From a virus (taxonomy: Duplodnaviria > Caudoviricetes): a stretch of 32,930 bases of DNA. The position numbers and the translations under genes are program-made. The stretch covers positions 1 to 32,930 of IMG/VR virus record IMGVR_UViG_3300032272_000048; one strand, written 5' to 3'. Positions 26,059-32,930 of the stretch are shown here, piece by piece; within the stretch, counting starts at the first letter, position 1; every line of letters begins with the position of its first letter. The notes beneath the pieces are model-generated. The model was not told the origin of the DNA. It was given only the letters and a program-made list of their open reading frames with translations, and made no database searches.

Positions 26059-26364
26059 GTTATAAATCAAACATTCATTAGTATCGATTCAATTGCTACT
26101 ACTTCCAAAATAGATCCTTCTCTGCTAATTTCGTAATAGATGTCCGTGCCGTTTTTGTTATTGATTAGTCCGCGTGATTGCAGTTCACTTCTAACCATGT
26201 CGGTTAATTCAGATTCATCAAATACGATCTTTGTGGTTTTTACTTCTGTTGTTTCTGTTCCCATAGTATTCGCCGTGATTTATAACAATTAGTTGAAAAT
26301 GGAGCGTCATACAGCTTGCTCCGGTTTTAGTTCTTACTGCGCCCATTTAACAAAAGGGTTATGA
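26059..26364 (+). mobile_element. Integron gene-cassette-like unit with an attC-like site (26280-26364)
   Basis: R'' TTATAAC, 5 nt, L'' GTTGAAAA ... L' ATTTAAC, 6 nt, R' GTTATGA. The unit start TGTTATAAATCA (26058-26069) is the exact reverse complement of TGATTTATAACA (26276-26287). Confidence 0.6.
26067..26264 (-). CDS. Hypothetical protein (65 aa), cargo of the cassette-like unit
   Basis: The ORF fills the space between the 12 bp inverted repeats; its TGA stop lies inside the left repeat. Confidence 0.65.
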   Translation of the reverse strand: MGTETTEVKTTKIVFDESELTDMVRSELQSRGLINNKNGTDIYYEISREGSILEVVAIESILMNV

Positions 26365-26371
26365 GGCATCA

Positions 26372-28939
26372 TCATTTCACAATCTGCAAAGTTGCCTGGC
26401 CGCGTGCCTCAGTCATCTGACGCTCGTATTCCAGGTACAAATCTGTTGAACTCATTGCTTCATACTTCTCACGGTTTCGTAGCACCCATAGGCGTACAGG
26501 CTGACTCAGGCGATATGCTCGAAGTTGACTGAATGAACCCAATTCTTTCAAAGTCATACCTACTTTAATCGGTGTGAAATACTTACCGTCAACATACATA
26601 TCCATTTCAGCGAAAGCTGCACCGGACATCAGAGTGTGTGACATGTCACTAGCAGTCAGTATATCGCATCTGAATGCGCCTATTTGCTTCTGAATGAAAT
26701 TATCCATCGTTTGCTGCATCGGTGATTTCGAAGCTTCCTTGATGTCTCTCAGGAACTCAGTCATCGGTGGCGCCTGGCTTGGGTTGAAGTCAGACAGATC
26801 CACCTCATACATCAAGTGGTATGCGACATGCTGCCAGCCACCGGATTTCATCCAATCCCAGCGATCATTCCAATAGGTTAACCACTCTGGGCGCATGTTG
26901 TCGAATTCATCACGGATATTCAGATCGCACCATAACGCATAAAATCGCCGGGACGTGCCGTTCAATCGTAACGGCATCAGGCTATTTGTGGTCATAGTTG
27001 CATTGATGATGTTTCTGACTTTGATCGGTTTGATTGATTTCTGATTAACTCTGAATGTATCCGGTGGAGTAGCTGCTAGTGATTTTAATTTGTTGCTGAC
27101 TGCCATCGCTTCTCGACGATCACCGAGCTCAGCTTCATTGACATGTAGGTATTTAGTTGACAAAACATAATCGTTAAATCCACTAAGTAGTTCTTCACCG
27201 TCGATGACTTCGTAGTTCTCACCCATTGCCCTTGTTAGCGGGTACAGTATGAAATCCTTACCTGCACCTTCGCCGCTGCCAAACAACAACATGTGATTTA
27301 TTTTGATATCAGGGTGTCTGATAGTGTGGGCCATCCACTGCTTGATATGCTTCATCGACCCGCGCCAACCCATAGCATCGAAATGACTTTCCCACCGTCT
27401 GACGTCGCCCTGTACACCATATGATTGAGTTTTTTCACTCCAGGTGTTAGCAAACAGCGTACCTTTTTCTTCGAATATTTGTGGTTTCTTTGGTGCGTAA
27501 TCTATTCGATCAACTTTCTTAACTCGACCGTCCTGGAGTGCAATCTTTTTTGCTTCAGCTTCTTCATGACTGAAACTGTTTTGAAAAGCATCTGTGGTGA
27601 AAAATATTCTGGAATTCCAATCATAAAATTGATTCAATTCTTTGACGAAAACAACATTATTGAAGAAATTAGCTGAACTTACTTTCTCACCGTACCACTG
27701 TTTTCGAAGATCTTTCAGAATCTCTTTTAATTCGCCCTTGCCCCAGTTCATATTGTCAGCAACCTTCTGATGCCAATCCATCTGATCAACTTTGTCCAGG
27801 TCCTCGACGTGCTTCAGCAGGGTACATGCAATCGTTCGAATTTCCTTTGACCCGGGATGGCCACGTTTCATTTCATCGTACAGCAACTGCAATCCATCGA
27901 CGGACACAGGTTGTTGTGTGGGTGCACTCGGAGAGTCGTAAAAGAAACTGATTGGTTCTTCAGGTATTGTCACCGGCGTCAAAAAACTAGGTTCAAGAAC
28001 TTTTTCAAATTCCTTGCTGATCTGCCAGTTTTTTAAATCAGTAGAAAAGGTTGCTTCAGATTCATCGATATAACGAAGTAAGTCATTACCAGTACGATGC
28101 TGACAAGAGCCGTGGTGACACTTAAAACCGATAGAATTATCCCCGTTTGTAAATACTGCGCTACCGCTATCATCAGCATCTGTATGATCATCAACCCAAG
28201 GACAAGTAATATCAAAACGCCCATCGCTTCTTTCTTCTTTTATGTGAATAATATCTGGGATATTAATTAGTGGATGGTCAGTAATATCAGCAGCACCATC
28301 AACCCGACTTTCACGCCTAGCTGCATTCAGATCGACATGAAATGGTGCAGCTAATTGTTCAATTGTTACCCTGCTGAATGGTTGCCACAAAGTGATATTG
28401 CATTTGAATGGTTGGCCATTCACCAGCTTTGATGCTTTCGTGTTAACACCTTCGGGTAGTCGAACGTATCGAGTCACACCTTTCATGCCAGGATCTTTAC
28501 CATCGGGTGCAAGGCCATTAGCAACTAAACCGTCGAGTAAATTTTCAACCTGTGCTCGTTCGGTGCAGGGTTTATCTAAAATGTAACCCCATTGCTCTGA
28601 CCCCTGTGACGTTTCAAGTATCCATGATGGTGTCGGTAGCTTTGTCACTTCTTCAAGTGACAGTTTTTCTTTGACGTCATCGAGCACGATTACAGGCGTA
28701 TGTCTGAATAGAACTTTTCTTCGACGTGCCTGGTTATTATCATCACAGTAGAAATTACTGATGGTGAAATACTGGTTGGTGTTGGGCTTCAGATTGTATC
28801 GAGAGAAGTAATCACCGGACCAGGCTTTTAAATGTTCACCATCGGGAATGTTGCCAGGGTCATGATAGAAATCAGTGACATGTACCCAAGGTTCATCAGC
28901 ACCAAATAATGCTGACAAGAATTCTTGATTAGATAGCAT
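26372..28939 (-). CDS. Primase-helicase: RepB-like AEP domain, Zn-binding domain, C-terminal SF3/DUF5906-like helicase
   Basis: IVLDDV, ETSQGSEQWGY, RYVRLPEG.N.K; CPW...H...FKCHHGSC; Walker A GSGEGAGKD, HVNEA, TTN, RRF. Confidence 0.9.
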   Translation of the reverse strand: MLSNQEFLSALFGADEPWVHVTDFYHDPGNIPDGEHLKAWSGDYFSRYNLKPNTNQYFTISNFYCDDNNQARRRKVLFRHTPVIVLDDVKEKLSLEEVTKLPTPSWILETSQGSEQWGYILDKPCTERAQVENLLDGLVANGLAPDGKDPGMKGVTRYVRLPEGVNTKASKLVNGQPFKCNITLWQPFSRVTIEQLAAPFHVDLNAARRESRVDGAADITDHPLINIPDIIHIKEERSDGRFDITCPWVDDHTDADDSGSAVFTNGDNSIGFKCHHGSCQHRTGNDLLRYIDESEATFSTDLKNWQISKEFEKVLEPSFLTPVTIPEEPISFFYDSPSAPTQQPVSVDGLQLLYDEMKRGHPGSKEIRTIACTLLKHVEDLDKVDQMDWHQKVADNMNWGKGELKEILKDLRKQWYGEKVSSANFFNNVVFVKELNQFYDWNSRIFFTTDAFQNSFSHEEAEAKKIALQDGRVKKVDRIDYAPKKPQIFEEKGTLFANTWSEKTQSYGVQGDVRRWESHFDAMGWRGSMKHIKQWMAHTIRHPDIKINHMLLFGSGEGAGKDFILYPLTRAMGENYEVIDGEELLSGFNDYVLSTKYLHVNEAELGDRREAMAVSNKLKSLAATPPDTFRVNQKSIKPIKVRNIINATMTTNSLMPLRLNGTSRRFYALWCDLNIRDEFDNMRPEWLTYWNDRWDWMKSGGWQHVAYHLMYEVDLSDFNPSQAPPMTEFLRDIKEASKSPMQQTMDNFIQKQIGAFRCDILTASDMSHTLMSGAAFAEMDMYVDGKYFTPIKVGMTLKELGSFSQLRAYRLSQPVRLWVLRNREKYEAMSSTDLYLEYERQMTEARGQATLQIVK

Positions 28940-29158
28940 TTAAACTATCCGATGTGCATAAATCCAGTATTCAGTGTCGTGCATTGATCTTACTTTGAGC
29001 TTTTCTCCCATGATACATATCACAGTTGCACTCACCTGAAAGTTACCATGTTTGACCTTGATTTCACTTCCAGGCTCATACGATGCTTTCAGTGCCTTTT
29101 CTAAATTCAATTCAGCTTTTTGGATATTGTTTAATGCCACTCTGACTGCTTTGTTCAT
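28940..29158 (-). CDS. Hypothetical protein (72 aa)
   Basis: GAGG RBS; first gene after the leftward promoter; abuts the primase start. Confidence 0.7.
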   Translation of the reverse strand: MNKAVRVALNNIQKAELNLEKALKASYEPGSEIKVKHGNFQVSATVICIMGEKLKVRSMHDTEYWIYAHRIV

Positions 29159-29187
29159 TTTATTCTCGCCTCTGAAGTTCTAAACGT

Positions 29188-29254
29188 ACAATAATGATGT
29201 TGTATTAGATTGTCAAATAAAATGTTGACATGTTACACAATGTGATATTAGACT
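29188..29254. promoter_or_regulatory. Back-to-back divergent sigma70 promoters
   Basis: Minus strand: TTGACA (29216-29211), 17 bp, TATTGT (29193-29188). Plus strand: TTGACA (29225-29230), 18 bp, TAGACT (29249-29254). Confidence 0.75.
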
Positions 29255-29285
29255 TGTCTCACGTTTTAACACCTGGATCAGGATA

Positions 29286-29484
29286 ATGACCGAAGAAAAT
29301 CGACTGGATGCTAACCTTCATTGTAAAGTGAATGCTGCTGAAAAAGAAGCATTCAAGCAAAAAGCTATTGCCACCGGTAAACCCTACCAGGTATTAATCC
29401 GAGAAATGATGCACGCCTTTAATGAGGGTCGATTGCGTATCATACCAACCGAAGACCAATCAAATTCTTTAGGAGAATTGTACA

Positions 29485-29501
<17 letters not shown>
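29286..29501 (+). CDS. Ribbon-helix-helix-like transcriptional regulator
   Basis: LHCKVNAAEKEAFKQKA...GKPYQVLIREMM strand-helix-helix pattern; first gene after the divergent promoters. Confidence 0.65.
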
Positions 29502-29849
<348 letters not shown>

Positions 29850-29853
<4 letters not shown>

Positions 29854-31337
29854 GCCAACACGCTCGCTTAGGGCCTTCTAATCACCGCTGGCCGCATTGT
29901 GCAGGGTCAGTGCGTGAAGAAGTTCAATATGTTGATATCGCTGGCCCACATGCTATCGATGGCACTGGATCACATCTGTTGCTTGAAATGTGTTTGCAGA
30001 ATAATGTCAGTGCTGTTCAATACGACCAGCAGATCATTGGCGTGAACCATGAAGATCAACCTAACGGTTGGTTGATTACACCTGATCGAATCAAACGTGT
30101 GCAGATGTGCCTGGATTATATCACCCGGCGAGTGAATGAACTCAAGGAACAGTTTCCAGGGTGCAATGTCTCAGTCGAAGCTGAAGCACGATCAAACCCC
30201 GGTGAAGCTTTCGGTCGTGATGATTGGTGGGGTACTTGTGACATCACGATCACTGCGCGACACCCGATGACTGGCGAAGTTTATTTTATCGAAGTTTGTG
30301 ATTATAAAGATGGTCGAATGTATGTTTCTGAGAAAAACAACTCTCAGTTAACTGCTTATCTTTTCGGTAAAATGTTGAAGCATATCAAAATAGCTGATCA
30401 CATGAATCAGGGTCTTGTTGATAAATGGCCGTTGTTTAGAACTAACACTATCGGCGGTTTCAGAATGTCGATCTGTCAACCGAAAACCAACCCAGTCATC
30501 AGGTATGTTTGCACCACTCAACCTGATGACAACATGAGTATGGAATCTTTAATTCAATCAGTTTATAAACTAGCTGATGCTGCTGAATTAACCGATGATC
30601 CAAACGCATTATTGACACCGGGTAAACATTGTCGATGGTGTAAAGCTAATCCGAAACGTGGCGGTCATTGCACCGCTGAAACTGACCAATCATTATTAAC
30701 GGTGGAGAATATGAGCACTGAAATTGTAACAACAGGAACTGAGCAAAGTTTGTTTGAATACATCAACAAAGCTGTTGCTGATCCTAAATCACTAACCGTC
30801 GAACAACTCGGTGAACTAGCTGATGCTGAAGCAGGTTTTCAAGCTGCATTTGACAAAGTGAAAACTGAAATTGAAGATCGAATTGATCAGGGTATTGCAG
30901 TGCCTGGTTATGCAAAGGTGCCTGGTAATGGCTCAAATGTTTACAGTGTCAGTGATGAAGTAGTTGAAAAGAAACTGAAAGCATGTCGCCTGAAGAAAGG
31001 TGATATTTATCCGGCCAAATTAATTTCACCGGCACAAGTGATGAAGCTGAAAGAATTGACTGATGTTCAAAAAGAACGCCTTCAAAAAGAAATCATCACT
31101 CATGTCGCTGGTAAGTTGACACTGAAGCAGGTTGAACGCACCAAAGCAGTTGAAGCAGGTAAAGATGCTGATCTGATGTTTGCTGATGTGCCGGTCGCTG
31201 ATGACAGTGTTCCTGGTTGGGTTGCTGATGCAACACTCGGTGATGCAACACTCGGTGATGCAACAAAAGGGGTAATCGATAAAAGTATCGCTGCTGCCAG
31301 TAACCCTGAAACAACTGAAGAAATTTCATTTTTCTAA
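29850..31337 (+). CDS. DUF2800 family PD-(D/E)xK (Cas4-like) exonuclease
   Basis: HARLGPS..RW..CAGS, GT..H, WGTCD, DYKDG, NSQLTAY and PGKHCRWC...C. Confidence 0.9.
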
Positions 31338-31370
31338 ACAACGAAGAAATTTCATTTTTCTAAACAACGA
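31317..31370 (+). repeat. Perfect 26 bp tandem duplication spanning the DUF2800 stop codon
   Basis: GAAGAAATTTCATTTTTCTAAACAAC at 31317-31342 and 31343-31368. Confidence 0.95.
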
Positions 31371-31381
31371 GGTAATCAAAA

Positions 31382-32131
31382 ATGTTAATTAAAGGTATTT
31401 TAAATTTTCCAAACCTGTTCACTGCTAAAATGGCACAGGGTGCAACTGAAGCGAAGTTTGGTGTAGGTGTACTACTACCGCCAAATGATCCTCAAGTGCA
31501 GACTATTTATGCTGAAGTAGAAAAAGCAAAGCTGGACACTTACCCATCGGGTTTCACCGGCGCCGATGTTTGTTTCGATTTGTATGAAAAAAAAATCGGC
31601 GCAGACAAAGAATATCATGATCCACGTTTTGTCGGCTGGTGGTTGTTTACCTGTTCAGCAAAAGCTGATGATCGACCAAATGTTGTCGATATGGCGCGCC
31701 AACCAATCATTGACCCTGGTTCAGTTTTCGGTGGTGTAGTTGCTTATGTCAGTGCCGGTATCAGTGGATACACTAAAGGTCGCGGCGGCATTGGTGGTTG
31801 GCTGAATGGTGTCATGGTCACCGCTGAAGAACCACCCATGGGAAGGTTGGATAATAAACCATCGGTTGAACAGATGTTTGCAGGTGTCGCCGGTGGACCT
31901 CCTACAGCACCAGTAGCAGCACCAGTAGCAGCACCAGTAGCAGCACCAGTAGCAGCACCAGTAGCAGCACCAGCACCAGCACCAGCACCAGCACCAGCAC
32001 CAGTAGCAAGCACACTGGTAATGACAGCAGCTGCGAACGGTGTGACCTATGAGCAGTACATGGCCACTGAAGGTTGGACTGATGAAATGCTGATTGCACA
32101 AGGTCTTGCTATTCGACCATCATTTGCCTGA
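31382..32131 (+). CDS. ssb: Single-stranded DNA-binding protein (DUF2815 / Enc34-like)
   Basis: FPNLF, RPNVVD, GIGGWLNGVMV..E...GR; sits between DUF2800 and the polymerase; GAGG RBS. Confidence 0.82.
   Translation: MLIKGILNFPNLFTAKMAQGATEAKFGVGVLLPPNDPQVQTIYAEVEKAKLDTYPSGFTGADVCFDLYEKKIGADKEYHDPRFVGWWLFTCSAKADDRPNVVDMARQPIIDPGSVFGGVVAYVSAGISGYTKGRGGIGGWLNGVMVTAEEPPMGRLDNKPSVEQMFAGVAGGPPTAPVAAPVAAPVAAPVAAPVAAPAPAPAPAPAPVASTLVMTAAANGVTYEQYMATEGWTDEMLIAQGLAIRPSFA
31905..32008 (+). repeat. 12 bp and 6 bp coding tandem repeats (APVA / AP linker)
   Basis: (GCACCAGTAGCA)x5 followed by (GCACCA)n. Confidence 0.92.
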
Positions 32132-32147
32132 TCTTCTCGCTGAAGTT

Positions 32148-32177
32148 TGCCCTGTCGAAAGGCAGGGTGTTTTTTTT
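32148..32177 (+). terminator. Intrinsic terminator after ssb
   Basis: GCCCTGTC-GAAA-GGCAGGGT stem with a GNRA loop, followed by T8. Confidence 0.88.
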
Positions 32178-32253
32178 CGAGACCACTTTGTATAGGTTGA
32201 GCGCAACTAAGCCCTGTGAGTGGCGACACGGCACCTGCAAAGTGGTCTCGAAA
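32175..32253 (+). other. Structured non-coding element (16 bp closing stem with branched interior)
   Basis: TTTCGAGACCACTTTG (32175-32190) is perfectly complementary to CAAAGTGGTCTCGAAA (32238-32253). Confidence 0.7.
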
Positions 32254-32285
32254 GCAACCATTAACTCAACAAAGGTGAAACAATT

Positions 32286-32549
32286 ATGAAAACAACAATT
32301 GAAATCAAATTAAATCCTTTTGATGTACCTAACGTAGTGCATGAAGATCTACCACTGATACCAGCAGCACCAGCACCAACACAGGAGTATCAACCTAGAT
32401 TTGTGCGGCAAAACCTGACTCTACCATTATCTGATTTATCTGCTGAAACACTGGATAAAATGTGTGAAGAGTTTACCAAAAGTGTATTTAAAAAAGCCGG
32501 TAAAATCAGACCACCATCGATAGTCAATACCCCTGATCGCAACGATTAA
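32286..32549 (+). CDS. Hypothetical protein (87 aa)
   Basis: AGGTGA RBS; I.LNPFDVPN...LSDLSAETL..MCEEF...VFKKAGK. Confidence 0.75.
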   Translation: MKTTIEIKLNPFDVPNVVHEDLPLIPAAPAPTQEYQPRFVRQNLTLPLSDLSAETLDKMCEEFTKSVFKKAGKIRPPSIVNTPDRND

Positions 32550-32930
32550 ATGAACCCCGATTTCCTTTTCAACCTGTCGCCGGGTGATATCAGATATGAC
32601 ATTGAAACATTTCCGAATGCTTTCACTTGTCGTTTCCTGCATCCCATCACCCGGCAACGGTGGGGTTTTGAAATCAGCTTCAGGCGCAATGACATCCAAT
32701 CATTCTGCACATTTCTGGAAGTATTAGCACAGCAACAATGTCGCATGGTTGGGTACAACAGCATCGGGTTCGACTACCCGGTGATTCATTTCATCTATCA
32801 GAACAGAAACTCGTGCATCAGTGTTGGTGACATTTACACCAAAGCAATGTCAATTATCGACACACCTTATCAAAATAGATTTTCTCACATGGTTTGGGAG
32901 TCTGACTGTATAGTTGAACAGATTGATTTG
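32550..32930 (+). CDS. DNA polymerase, N-terminal 3'-5' exonuclease domain (partial)
   Basis: Hand translation from ATG 32550: ExoI YDIETFPNAF, ExoII VGYNSIGFDYPVIH, ending QIDL at the window edge. Resembles phage family-B-like polymerases, but the family cannot be fixed without the catalytic domain. Confidence 0.85.
   Translation, partial: MNPDFLFNLSPGDIRYDIETFPNAFTCRFLHPITRQRWGFEISFRRNDIQSFCTFLEVLAQQQCRMVGYNSIGFDYPVIHFIYQNRNSCISVGDIYTKAMSIIDTPYQNRFSHMVWESDCIVEQIDL

Noticed and set aside
31721-32101. Antisense Cys/Trp-, Gly/Ala- and Leu/Val-rich ORFs (and the poly-Ser ORF at 29488-29676)
   Set aside because: They are shadows of the Ala/Pro linker repeats.
32191-32237. Self-cleaving ribozyme (TAAGCCCT recalls pistol/twister cores)
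   Set aside because: I could not find the required pseudoknot partners or hammerhead CUGANGA/GAAA cores. Kept only as an unassigned structure.

Overview
A 33 kb piece of a tailed dsDNA phage genome, podovirus-type, probably infecting a Gram-negative (proteobacterial) host. The host is inferred, not shown. The left 21 kb is a minus-strand morphogenesis operon of the BPP-1/epsilon15 type: TerS, accessory virion proteins, TerL, portal, scaffold, major capsid, cement and staple proteins, tail adaptor and nozzle, then GNAT and ejection proteins. It ends in a >1100 aa ejection protein that runs off the window and carries ADP-ribosyltransferase-like domains. A 600 bp non-coding region with three IHF-consensus sites and repeats separates this operon from plus-strand small early genes (pentapeptide protein, minimal peptide deformylase). 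Back-to-back promoters at about 29.2 kb drive an AEP primase-helicase leftward and a regulator, DUF2800 nuclease, DUF2815 SSB and DNA polymerase rightward. The most unusual signals are a lone integron-cassette-like unit with a correctly spaced attC-like site (26059-26364), the multi-ART ejection protein, a structured element between SSB and polymerase, a DUF4031 gene bounded by duplicated promoter repeats, and 3.5 kb of glycan-binding-type genes splitting terS from terL. All family calls come from motif recognition by eye, not database searches.
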